DNA from: Perkinsus olseni
Lineage: Eukaryota
Direction: 5' to 3'
Length of the DNA stretch: 33,120 nt
NCBI GenBank assembly: GCA_013115125.1
Contig: JABANN010000392.1
Span: 1 to 33,120 of the forward strand
Part shown: positions 1-10,530 of the stretch, one piece after another
Numbering within the stretch: position 1 is the first letter of the stretch
Layout: each line of letters starts with the position of its first letter
The notes under the pieces: model-generated
Databases searched by the model: none
Told to the model about the DNA's origin: nothing
Seen by the model: the letters and a program-made list of their open reading frames with translations, nothing else
Position numbers and translations under genes: made by a program

Positions 1-2136
1 TCCCGAGAAGTTGAAGAGGGTTGGAGGAACGAACCTTCCGGTCAGGACGATCGTCTCCCCGCCGGCGTTGAAGCTCCAATCGGGTATGACTCCTTCTATT
101 GATACGTTGTGCTTCAGCCAGCCCTTAGAAGGGTTCCCCGGCAGCGAGGTGGCGTCTGACTGCAGCAGTCGTCGTCGACTACCACCAGAGGGATACTCGA
201 AGTGTCCAGGCTCTTGGCGCGGCTCTGAGCGTTTCCTAGGGGCCAGTCGTCTCGATGCCCTCCGCCAGACATCCCAAGATCCATCAGCGCACTTTTCATG
301 CAGTAGGCGGGCCGCGTGTTCGGTGAGGGCCAAAGGCGAGGTAGGGGCAGTCTGGTTACTGACACCTCTAGCTATACTAACAGGAACCTCTGCTATACCG
401 TCCAGTAGGAGGCTCCTTACCTCAGCCATCTGTAGGTCAACGGCAGCCAGCTTGCCGATAACGACATGAGCGGATATGTTGCTCGAATTGGAGTTGAAAG
501 ATTCCAACTCCCGCTGCAGCCCCACGGCCAACACCATGGGCGCGTTGCACTGGTACGTACCTCTCGGTAGGGCCGTAAGCCGACCGGGGAGCAGCTCATC
601 GAGCGGACTCAGCACGACCGAGCAAGAGTCCTCCCCGGTGGCCACATTTACTGCCTCAGCTTCCGCAACGAATCTTCCAGGCGGCCCGCAAGCAGGGGTC
701 TGCTGCAGCGTAACGGAGCTGTTCTTGATGAGCCTGATGATGCGGGCCCGCGGGACGATATCGAATGACACGACATCGCCTGAGGTGTAGCGGGGTTGGT
801 AGACATGGGTTCCGTTGATGAGATAAAGCACACTGATTGCCGTGATATTAGAGGAGGCTGGGACGACAGGCACCGGACAGTATACTGTATGGTCGTCCTC
901 TACTCGGACAGGCGACGGGCTCCCCAGACTCGGAGAGAACTCGCACCACAGGGAATTTGACAACAGCATGATCGGTGGCAAGCGGGACGAGTGACCCAGG
1001 CGAAGGTCCCTGGTGGTGTTATGGGAGACCGTGTAGAGGAACTTGAGGGAGGGGGCGAAGGAACGGACTGAGGGGACTTCGAACTGGTCGTAGCTCGCAG
1101 TTGGGTACAGCGTTAAGGAAGTTGCAACAGAGGAGGGTCGCCAGTTGGTCGGCTGAGGTACCGAGACGTCGTACAGGATCGTAAGCCTGCTGTCAACTCC
1201 CGGGGACTGACCCTTCTCTGGGGTTGGACAAGACACTGCGGTACCGTTGATCCGGATAGCTCGGGTGTGACCAAGCCCCTCGAAGTGGCACAGCAGACCG
1301 ACGTACCCTTCCAAAGGGAAGCCGCGACCCGAAACGGTGACCTCGCGATTGAGTCCAACCAGGCCCCACCTTGGGGCGGCCCCCAGCACTGTGAAGATGT
1401 CCTCAGCGGACAGGGGCAGAGGGCTCGCACCCGAGAGCCGGGCCAGCTCCTCCCCACTGCGCATCGCGATGACGTGCAAGTGGGGAGCGTACTGATGGCG
1501 ACTGTAGTTGTAAGGCAACAGGCACTCGAGCTCGGTGAAGTTGCCGTTCAGGCGCCCCTCGACCAGGACCTCACGCTGCGGGTCAGAGATACGGTCGAAG
1601 CCGCAGCCGAGGGACCAAGCCCCTACGTAAAGGGAGAAAGGTCCTGATATGATGAGAACTGTCTGAAGACCATAACCACTGTCCACTATCGGCAGAGACC
1701 GATCAGGCATGGTTACAGGGTAGCTTCTCAGGTTACTCGCCGTAGTGCTCACGTCGAAGAGTCGCACTGTCTTGAAATCGCTCGGTTGCCCGTCTTCATG
1801 TTGTACACTCCAGGAGCCATTGAGGGCAAGCTCACTCAGTAGGAAATCTCTCACCGTACCACTGACGAAGGGCAGAGGGCAGGCCGCCCGAGACTGGCCC
1901 GACCGAGTCCCGTTGACCTCGACGATGCTACCAACACTGATGTCCCTCCACTTGCACAGAATATCGGGGCCCGTCATAGAAGGAGGGTGTGCGGCCCAGA
2001 GAATCTCCACCAAGGAAAGACCGTCACTCGGTTGTATCGGGGATCTCAGCGAGTAAGTGGCATCGAGGACGACTGGGGCTGCAGCACTTTGTGCGACGAG
2101 GAGTAGTACAGACCACAATGAAGGCCCATTGAACAT
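1..2136 (-). CDS. Large secreted/surface protein with IPT/TIG (Ig-like) repeats; 3' end runs off the window
   Basis: Manual translation gives a stop-free frame from ATG 2136 to base 1 (712 codons). It begins MFNGPSLWSVLLLVAQSAAAP (signal-peptide-like). IPT-like segments: APRWGLVGLNREVTVSGRGF..LLCHF..RINGTAVSCPTP and SIEGVIPDWSFNAGGETIVLTGRF. Many N-x-S/T sites; RRLA and RRRLLQ motifs. Confidence 0.85.
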   Translation of the reverse strand, partial: MFNGPSLWSVLLLVAQSAAAPVVLDATYSLRSPIQPSDGLSLVEILWAAHPPSMTGPDILCKWRDISVGSIVEVNGTRSGQSRAACPLPFVSGTVRDFLLSELALNGSWSVQHEDGQPSDFKTVRLFDVSTTASNLRSYPVTMPDRSLPIVDSGYGLQTVLIISGPFSLYVGAWSLGCGFDRISDPQREVLVEGRLNGNFTELECLLPYNYSRHQYAPHLHVIAMRSGEELARLSGASPLPLSAEDIFTVLGAAPRWGLVGLNREVTVSGRGFPLEGYVGLLCHFEGLGHTRAIRINGTAVSCPTPEKGQSPGVDSRLTILYDVSVPQPTNWRPSSVATSLTLYPTASYDQFEVPSVRSFAPSLKFLYTVSHNTTRDLRLGHSSRLPPIMLLSNSLWCEFSPSLGSPSPVRVEDDHTVYCPVPVVPASSNITAISVLYLINGTHVYQPRYTSGDVVSFDIVPRARIIRLIKNSSVTLQQTPACGPPGRFVAEAEAVNVATGEDSCSVVLSPLDELLPGRLTALPRGTYQCNAPMVLAVGLQRELESFNSNSSNISAHVVIGKLAAVDLQMAEVRSLLLDGIAEVPVSIARGVSNQTAPTSPLALTEHAARLLHEKCADGSWDVWRRASRRLAPRKRSEPRQEPGHFEYPSGGSRRRLLQSDATSLPGNPSKGWLKHNVSIEGVIPDWSFNAGGETIVLTGRFVPPTLFNFSG

Positions 2137-4012
2137 CGATTGCTAACTAAGTGAGAGTCATCAGTATCCAAGGTTCCTGTCCGGATACCGGCGTGTCGAG
2201 ACGAAGCGCTACATTCTACTACCAACAATCTCACGAGCTGAGGAAAAGGAGGACACAACTACATCAGGAGGCTGCGCGATGGACAAGGCACAATCGAACT
2301 GTGTGCTGACAAGCGCCATCATACTGGCGTCCCGTCATCAACCTCAGCCTTCTATCAACCACTCTTCATCAAGGTCTCGTTCAGTATGAGTGCAAACCTA
2401 GGCCCGATCGCAGCTTCCCGCCCAAAACTCGTCAACTCGACTCGTCCCGCCCTGCCGATCAAATCTGGGCCATCGGACTGCCATCCACCGACAGCTGTGG
2501 ATTGCACGTCCAGATGCAGACAGAAAAACTACCCGGGTGGCAGAGGGTGGGCAAATTGAGCCAGCACGCTCACCAAACTAACAGATACACACGTACAATG
2601 GATGACGCCGCTGGTCACTACAACGGACAGGCGAGACAGATTACAGACCATATCAGTACGGAGCTAAGGTATAGCTAGGGGTCACTAGCCACCTGGGCGA
2701 GCGCGTCACGGACCAATGTTTGCACCACTCTACACTACACAAGTTTCGTGTAGGGTATCAGACAACATAGACACGTTACGTCCTACTACTACACTGTCCA
2801 CAACGAGAAAATGCAGTAGTGCTTGGGTGAGGTTCGTAGAGGTTCTCTACAGTACTACAGAACTCCCTGGACTGGTGCCAAAACATCAATTCGACTTGTT
2901 TCAACTATCGAGTGGCTGCACCTGGTTTAATCAGGGTGGTTCTACCCGCCTCAGAGGGATTGGTAAGGCCGGTTAGGATGTAGCTAGAATTGCACGGTCA
3001 AAAACGACGACCAGTGACTAGCTTTACTCAACACGAGCCTCGATCGGCGATGATGATGATCGTCACCATAACACTCACAGCAGTGCGGACATGACAGGAA
3101 AGAACATGGAGGCAAAAGCCCTTCACACTCGCGTGAACCCTCCGTCCTTGATGCCAGCTGATCCCGACCTCACCTGAATCGCGCATGGATAACCACGTGG
3201 GAATCTTTGCGTTGCAATAGACTCACCCTTCGGATCAGCACAATGATAGCTAGTATCTGATCAACGAAAGTAGCGCGACCATCAGCGCGGGCTGCAGTCT
3301 TACGATTCCTATGAAAACGACCATCGTAGACTGCTTGATGTTGGTCCCAACTGCCCGGCCGCTAGCGTCGTTCGAGTAAGTGATACTCTTAGCCAATCGC
3401 TTCGGATTGACCGCAGTTGGAGGGCTGGGTGGCAGGCCAGCGTTCTGAGAAGGGCGTGGGTCTATCGTCAGCTCATCCTTGCTGCATCGGTACCCATCTT
3501 GGGCTATTCCTGTCGTTGTTTGGCGTACGAGGAGGCATGGCAGAGGTGCCGCGGCCCTTGCCATCCTCATCATCGACCACCCCTACAGCACGGGAGGGAG
3601 GTGGATACTGAGCGTGGGCGTCTTCCCTTGAGTGTGAATCTGAGCCAGACGAAGCTAGGCACTTCCACTACGCTAGTCCAGTGATTGATAAATTAATTCG
3701 GCTTTTTTCATGGTCATCAGTCGTGCAAATCTCGAGTAATGCTACCACGCCAAGCGCTACTCGAGACCCGGAGGGGCCGCCCTGTCCTGTACGTTTCGGG
3801 CTATCTATCCAATGGTTGATTAGAACTGCCGAACTGATGGATTGACTAAGTTCATGGCCCTGACGGGCACGTCATTTTCGACCGCAGCAACTACCATTGG
3901 CAGCGGAGACAATCTTCCCGCCTTCCAGGCCCACTTTGACAATGAGTCTTTTGGTAGTGAGCTCGGGCACATTCTCACGGATGCTCTACTATCCAGGTAA
4001 GAAGTCAAGCAT

Positions 4013-5251
4013 TTAAGTCATGATCGCACGGAGGATCGTGTGAAGATGCTGTCGAGTTGGCAAACAGAGGTGCTTACCACCATGATCCTTCTGATGCTCC
4101 TCATGCGCCCAATGATAGTCATCTTTCCCTTGCTCCCAGCGATGGTCCTCCATACCGTGGTCCCAGCGGTGGTCCTCCTTGCCATGGTCCGAGTAGTGGT
4201 CGTCTTTTACACCGTGGTCCCAGCGGTGGTCATCCCAGCGGTGGTCGTCCATACCGTGGTCAGAATGATGGTCCTCCTTGCCATGGTCCGAGTGGTGATC
4301 TTCATGTACGCCGTGGTCCCAGCCGTGGTCCCAGCCGTGGTCCTCCTTGCCATGGTCCGGGTAGTGGTCGTCTTTCATACCGTGGTCCCAGCGGTGGTCA
4401 TACTCCCTATACTCCCAGGGATGGTCCCAGTGGTAGTCGTCCCAGCGGTGGGCATCCCAGGGATGGTCCTCCATTCTACGGTCCCAGTGGTGGGCCTCCA
4501 TCTCGTGTACCCAAGGGCGGCCTTCTACTTCTGGCCACCAACGATGGTCTGCCCAGGGATGACCCTCCATCTCATGGCCCCAAGGGTGCTCTTCCATTCT
4601 ATGCGCCCAAAATTTGTCGTCCATTCCGTGGTCCCAAGAATGGTCCTCCGTCCAATGCGACCAATGCTGGTCCTCGTGATGGTCCTCCCTCTCTTTCCTT
4701 GGTCCCCTGTCGGTTTCCTTCTGACTGGCTTTTACCTCATGAGAAGCTTCTTTCTCAACCTGTCCTCGCTTGTCCTCATCGTGGTCGTTGCCACGATCAG
4801 AATGCTCGTGACCTTGGCCATGACCATGGTCGAACTCCCAGTCGCCAGGATTGAACGACTCTTCGGTGTGCCTTCTGTAAAGTCCATCAACATAATCGTG
4901 AGCGCCCTCATGTCTCAGCTTCTCCAGGAACCCAGGGTGGTAGAATTCAACTTCCTTCAAGACGTCGTTAAAATCCCCAGAGTGACCAAGATGGTCCAAA
5001 AGCCTCATGACTTCGGCAAGATGCTCTGTTCTGTGCTCGCCAGGATGATCCTCGTGTAATTCGGGAAAAAGGATACGCCGGAAAAGGTCGAAAGCGGCTT
5101 CTTCCAGCTCGTGGTGACCAGGGTCGTGGTGACCAGGGTCGTGGTGACCTGGGTCGTAGTGACCAGGGTCGTAATGGTCCCTTTCCACGCGTTCGGGTGG
5201 GCGATCGGAGAAATCTTCCTCACGATACGGTCTGCCTGTTTCGCGAGACAT
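4013..5251 (-). CDS. Histidine/aspartate/tryptophan-rich repeat protein
   Basis: Long ORF (4013..5434) with HHDPG x5 and many DHRWDHG/EDHHSDHG/HPW repeats. Likely start is ATG 5251 (MSRETG); in-frame ATGs at 5314 and 5389 are alternatives. A GTAAGC donor-like site near 4077 means the true 3' end may be spliced. Confidence 0.75.
   Translation of the reverse strand: MSRETGRPYREEDFSDRPPERVERDHYDPGHYDPGHHDPGHHDPGHHELEEAAFDLFRRILFPELHEDHPGEHRTEHLAEVMRLLDHLGHSGDFNDVLKEVEFYHPGFLEKLRHEGAHDYVDGLYRRHTEESFNPGDWEFDHGHGQGHEHSDRGNDHDEDKRGQVEKEASHEVKASQKETDRGPRKEREDHHEDQHWSHWTEDHSWDHGMDDKFWAHRMEEHPWGHEMEGHPWADHRWWPEVEGRPWVHEMEAHHWDRRMEDHPWDAHRWDDYHWDHPWEYREYDHRWDHGMKDDHYPDHGKEDHGWDHGWDHGVHEDHHSDHGKEDHHSDHGMDDHRWDDHRWDHGVKDDHYSDHGKEDHRWDHGMEDHRWEQGKDDYHWAHEEHQKDHGGKHLCLPTRQHLHTILRAIMT
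5109..5177 (-). repeat. 15-nt coding tandem repeat (H[H/Y]DPG x5)
   Basis: About 5 copies of GGGTCGTGGTGACCA and variants on the + strand. Confidence 0.9.
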
Positions 5252-5652
5252 CGATGCTGAGGAGTCTGATGAAGATGTATAAGACCTGAGCAGGAAAGAT
5301 ATTCTCTTCTTCATTCGACCCCGCTTCGATCTTGCGCCGAAAGAATCCGAGGGAATCGCTTGACATGGCGAGCGCGTATTGTTTCGCATTTTTTCAGAAT
5401 TTGCAAGATTATGGTGGTCTCTTCCTGTGAACAAGCTTTAGGCTAGGCAGCTGACTAGTGGCTTTGAACGCGTTCTCTGAGAGAGTCGTCCGTCGGCTGA
5501 GAACTTCAGCTCGCACTGTGACGAGAATCTTTGGGGTATCTTTGTCGACCTTGGAAGATACAGAAGGGGTTGATTTAAGTCTTCCCACCAGGAGTGTTGA
5601 TAATCTGTTGTTCCCTCGACCGGAGTGAGCACCTCTCGGATACCCCTACATC

Positions 5653-7772
5653 ATGCTAGCGAGTCGAAGCGGATTGAAACTGGCTGCAGCGCCCTTCGCC
5701 GCGGCCACCCCGGCCCTCAGAGCCTTCTCCACCAGAGCAACAACAGCGTCCTCTGCAGCAGCGGCATCGTCCAGGTTCGGCTGGCGGCAGACGGCCGATA
5801 ATAACAGGAAGCGCCTAGGGGTGAGATTACCAGAAGGAAAAGGGCGTTTTATGGTATCCTTTAGATGATCTTCGCCGGAAGCGCTGCCTTGTTCGCTGGT
5901 GGCCTTGCTGTTAACAATTCCCTCAGCAGCCGTATCAGTCAGTGCGAGACGGCTAATGTCTCCAAGGAGGACCCTATGTGAGTAGCCCTCTTTTCAGTGG
6001 ACAAACCACAGCGGGAATGATCTTAGGTACCGTAGTAAGGAGAACAAACCGGTGCAGAAGCCGCATGAGGGCGAGCCTCATCACGAGGAGATCACCGTTT
6101 TCGCTGGTAGTGTGCGGGGCCTTGAGCGGAGAGAATCTAGGTGCCTTCTAGAGTGGGTGGAGGTCGTCCAGTTCGACAAATTCTGAGACTCAGAAACGAT
6201 TCTGAACTAGATTTTTACTCGTTGAATAATTCGGTTTCAGAATCGACTCTGATTTTCAGAATTGGTTCATTGAACGCCCCTTCGTAAGAGGTGAAGATCT
6301 TCTGATGATCGGTCTATTATCATTAGTGAATATTGATAGATAACTAGAGAGATGAAATTGTGAGGGTTGACGCTGCCAGGTAGTGCCAACAGGAAGCTGG
6401 CCGAGAGTATTTGCGAGCATCTCGGCACTCACCTGGGCAAGGTGGCCCTCGGTCGCTTCGCCGACGGTGAGGTCAGTCTCCGTATCCAAGAGAGCATTCG
6501 AGGGAAGGATGTCTACCTGGTTCAACCCACTTCTCCTCCGGTGAACGAGAATCTCATGGAGCTTCTGCTGATGATCTCGACCTGCCGAAGGGTAGTAGCG
6601 TCTTCTAAGGAGGGCTGCTGGGCGACTGTCGTTGGCAGGCCTCGGCGAAGCGGATTACAGCGGTGGTGCCTTACTATGGCTACGCTCGACAAGATCGCAA
6701 GATGAGCAGTCGGGTTCCTATTTCCGCTGCTGATGTGGCACGGTAGTGCGGACGACCAATGGCGAGGCCTCAGAGGTGTTGGTCAGGTTGTTGGAGACCA
6801 TGGGAGTTGACAGGGTCGTGGCAGTGGACCTTCATTGTGGACAGATTCAGGTAGGGTATTGTACGGGTTTAAATTAATATCTTATAGTACCAAATTCCTG
6901 TATTAACTTTATTCTATAATTATAACTTATGATGATGCCTTTATGATGATAATAGTTTTTGATACGGGTATCTTGAGGTTGAGCTTGGTCTTTAGGGATT
7001 CTTCGGACCCCGCGTGCCGGTGGACAACCTTGAGGCCCAAGTGATTGGTCTGGAGTACTTCCTCACCAAGCCTCTTGTGAAGCCTGTCATTGTCTCTCCT
7101 GATGCTGGTACGTCGCTTGCTGCTATTCGGGCCTGCCTCGTGATGCGTGCACTTCAGGTGGAGTGTATCGCGCCCGTAAGTTCCAGGAGGGCCTTATCAA
7201 CCACGGTATCGAGGACGTCGCCATCGCTATGCTCATCAAGCAGAGGGATCGTCCGAACCAGGTTAGACGGCGGCGCGGTTGTATCCTAAGGAGGGTCCTC
7301 GCGTCAGGTTGCCCGCATGGATCTAGTCGGCCAAGTGGCGGGTAGTGACTGCATCATTGTGGACGATATGATCGACACGGCTGGCACTCTGTGTGAGGCA
7401 GCTAGGGAGCTCAAGAAGCATGGCGCGTTGCGTGTCTTCGCTTTCGCTACTCATGGCTTGCTCAGCGGCCCGGCTAAGGTACTAGACAACAGGGGGATCT
7501 AAGTGCTACTAGACTGCTTATCGTGCTTTAGGCTCGTATCCAAGCGTCGCCTTTGGAAGAGGTTATTGTTACTGACAGTATCCAGCACAACCCTGAGGAC
7601 TCTAAGGAGTGCCCTAAGGTAGGGGTCTTGCAGCAGCCAGGCCCCTTCTCAAGTGGTATCTTTTGCTCAGTTAACGCAGCTGTCCATCGCCGTACTCATC
7701 GCGGACGCCATCCGAAGGATCCATCAGAAGGAGAGTCTTCACGATCTCTTCGGCGTATCTCCCGAGGCGTAG
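5653..7772 (+). CDS. PRPS: Ribose-phosphate pyrophosphokinase (PRPP synthetase), 11 exons, N-terminal targeting extension
   Basis: Exons 5653-5820, 5865-5977, 6027-6106, 6380-6591, 6639-6742, 6787-6850, 6996-7107, 7158-7261, 7308-7478, 7532-7618, 7671-7772, joined by GT-AG introns in frame. Motifs [53 protein letters not shown]. Confidence 0.97.
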
Positions 7773-7807
7773 TAGGCTCGCCGGAAAGTGTAGATGACAG
7801 CAGTGAA

Positions 7808-7855
<48 letters not shown>
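7808..7855 (+). repeat. (GAT)16 microsatellite just 3' of PRPS
   Basis: 16 perfect GAT units starting 36 nt after the stop codon. Confidence 0.95.
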
Positions 7856-7856
<1 letters not shown>

Positions 7857-8151
7857 TTAATGAATTTTCTTGTTACAATCTGTGCAGGAGGAATGTTCAA
7901 CGACTAACTGTATCGCAGTGTGACGTGTGTCTCAACAATATTAGCAGCTGCTTCTCTCGGGTAGTGGTTTCAGCGTTCGAGTCGTTGAGTTCAGTCCCGT
8001 ACATCGTCATCATCAACTTTCCTGGGAGCTGGAAGCCTCACAACCTCAGAGCCCGTCTGGGTACTGGCCCTTTTCAAAGCTCGCGCGGTTTTTGTGGGGC
8101 TCGGGTGAACGCAACAGAGGAAACTTGAGAAGAGGTAAATACGCGACAAAG

Positions 8152-8430
8152 TCACTCAGTCAGAACCCATACCCTACCGGATGGGCTGGCGCCGATCTGC
8201 CGAACAACGATCTCACCCTTCTTCTGCAAGCGACGGAAATGGTCACGCAGCTTCTCGGCAGTTCTGCAAGGCGCGAACCTTGCGAGAGACGAGTGGCGTT
8301 GGACGCCACGGAGTAGGTCTTTCGTCTCCTCCCGGGTCCATCGTTTATAAGCCGGTTTTCCCTTGGCGATAAACGAAGTGCCTCCCTGTATCGTTATCGA
8401 CACCATTGGAGGCTGAGCTGGTTCTGGCAT
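8152..8430 (-). CDS. Small single Myb/SANT-like (telobox/TRF-type) protein
   Basis: 92-aa ATG-initiated ORF with KRWTREETKDLLRGVQRH and RTAEKLRDHFRRL, resembling the WTxEE..L..GV and RT.vdLKDkwRnL ends of telobox Myb domains. Confidence 0.6.
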   Translation of the reverse strand: MPEPAQPPMVSITIQGGTSFIAKGKPAYKRWTREETKDLLRGVQRHSSLARFAPCRTAEKLRDHFRRLQKKGEIVVRQIGASPSGRVWVLTE

Positions 8431-8704
8431 ATTGAACGTGGATTGTGTTTGTGTGGCCGACGGCCACTCGGGGTCCCAAAGACCGCTTCGTTTCGGATTT
8501 CGTACAGCTAATCGAGGTTGTGTTGTTTGTCTACGCCGCCGACTCGGGGAATAAACCGGTCACTCTTGTCCAGAGGATATCAACTGCTCTGTTATGTTGA
8601 TGCTCCACGCTTGCCACCGTCCCTTTGGTAAGAGTAAACGATGTTGTGGAGAAGAACTACACCTGTAGATCCGGCAGCGCCCGGTTCGTGGGTGATTAAT
8701 CGTA

Positions 8705-8786
8705 GACAGCGTGTCCGAGTGGTTAAGGAGGTGGACTAGAAATCCACTGGGCTCTGCCCGCGCAGGTTCGAATCCTGCCGCTGTCG
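8705..8786 (+). tRNA. tRNA-Ser(AGA)
   Basis: Acceptor stem GACAGCG/CGCTGTC+G, D-arm CCGAGTGGTTAAGG, anticodon arm GTGGA-CT AGA AA-TCCAC, long variable arm GGGCTCTGCCC, T-arm GCAGG TTCGAAT CCTGC; 82 nt. Confidence 0.97.
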
Positions 8787-9088
8787 TTTACGGCAGGTCT
8801 ACGTATCATTGCGATAACGTCGATGCGAGAGGATTGTCTTATCACATGACATTGAATGTTACGGTTGGACCCGAGTTGAAGAATGACGTTCTACCAAATC
8901 TGCGCGGGTTGGGCTCGTGTGCCAGTCGCAATAACAACTCCAACACAAGGCAGTGCGTAGGACAACGGACAACGGAAGTGGGCACAAGCTCATGCGGTGA
9001 TAGTATGAAAGCCATCCCATCGAGCGACGCTCAAGGCTTGAACTGCCCAGATGCTCGAGGCCGCTAGAAAGATCCAGCCTGGAGGACC

Positions 9089-10495
9089 TCAATCAGATGA
9101 AGAGTCAGTGAACTCAATAGTGTCCCAGTCCTTCGCAGGAGGCGGCAGCGTCGCAACCTTACAGGAGTTCTGCGTAGACGCTTGCTCCAGTGCAAGCGGG
9201 GGCACTTCAGCATGCCGCCTGAAGACCGCATCGGCCACTCTTTTCTCGAATTTCTCAACTTGCTCATCTTGCAATTCCTCAACGACTGATGATTTGCTCT
9301 CGTTTTCAGCGAGTATTTCTCCCCCACTCCGCGGTGGAGCGGTGATGGAGGCCCCCGAGGGCCCCGGGCTTTTCTCCCCAGCGGCCGTCCAATTGTTGAT
9401 TGCAACAAGAGGAAGGGAGGGCGAGGCGACCGGTGCGGTAGTCGAGGTTTGGACTTTGGATACCGCTGTCTCGACGCAGGGCGACGGCATAGGGGAAGGT
9501 CCATCACCATCTGTTTTACCCACACTGCCATCTACCCCTTGCTCGCCGCTGTAGCTTAATTCAACCTCTTCTGTATCTTTCGCGTTTGGCTCCAAGATAT
9601 TCTCACTGTTCTCCCATGCTACTTGCACCCCCTCAGCGTGCTCAACGCTACCTGCTGCTCCCTTCTCGCCCTCCCCGCCCATCACCACAGCATCCACAGA
9701 CGCTGCCGAGGACTGCTCTTCATCGACGGCCGCTACTTCCTCTAGGCTCTCGCTAACCAGCCTTTGAGAAGTATCCAACGTCGACCTTTCCATCCCCTCT
9801 TCAACCTTAGATACCTCCTGCTGAGCACCACAGCCCGGTGCTACGTCCCGGCCCAATGCCTCCACCACTCGCCGAGTGATGCCCTCAACAGACGAACCAT
9901 CATCCTCATCAATTGCCTCCAGCTTGGCCGCCGTCAAAGTGCTCTTCTCTGCTTCCTCCTCTTCGTCGTCCCCGAAAAACGAGAAAAACTTCAACTTGAG
10001 CTCTCCCGGAGCATCAGCAGTAATGATGTGATGACCCGGCTTAGAAACCGGTCTAGCTGCCAGGGAGCGGCTGTGAGGCGAGGGCGGCTCGGATTCATCA
10101 TCATCATCAGCGAGGCCTGCTACCACCTTATCAACGTCCATTATAACCTCGTCTATGGAGGGTACCGTCCCATACGGTGGTGGTATCTGGGGGGCAGCAG
10201 GCGGTCCGACGTCAAGAGTTGCTTTCGCGTCCTCAGCTTGGACCGTGTCGGGGCCCGCTGGCAGCTGCAGCGGTGCTCCTTCGACGTCTTCCTGCTCACT
10301 AACACGATCCCCAGTGCTCTCTACCGCCTCTGCGCCGGTAGCTTCGTAACTCGCCTCCCCACTCCCTTCAACCTCGGATTCTTTGCAAGCATCAACCTCG
10401 GATTCTTTGCAAGCATCACCCTGGACCTCCTCGCTTTCTGCATGATCCCCATTCCCGCCTTCACTACCCTCAGCCAGCTGCTGCTGCTGCTGCTG

Positions 10496-10530
<35 letters not shown>

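Noticed and set aside
11-2056. Plus-strand ORFs 11..469, 476..790, 1267..1647, 1745..2056
   Set aside because: Antisense shadows of the long minus-strand IPT/TIG gene. An initial retrotransposon pol reading was also dropped because no RT or integrase motifs are present.
4080-4680. Repeats superficially like a CRISPR array
   Set aside because: Repeat units are codon-phased, degenerate and lack unique spacers; context is eukaryotic with no cas genes.
4040-5059. 339-aa hydrophobic and 265-aa Gly/Pro-rich plus-strand ORFs
   Set aside because: Expected by-products of His/Asp/Trp codon repeats on the opposite strand; no independent support.
6851-6995. Possible intronic C/D snoRNA (ATGATGA twice) in an AT-rich PRPS intron
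   Set aside because: No downstream CTGA D box or terminal stem.
7553-8128. 191-aa ORF with poly-Asp
   Set aside because: Reads through a PRPS intron and the 3' GAT microsatellite; the spliced PRPS stops at 7772.
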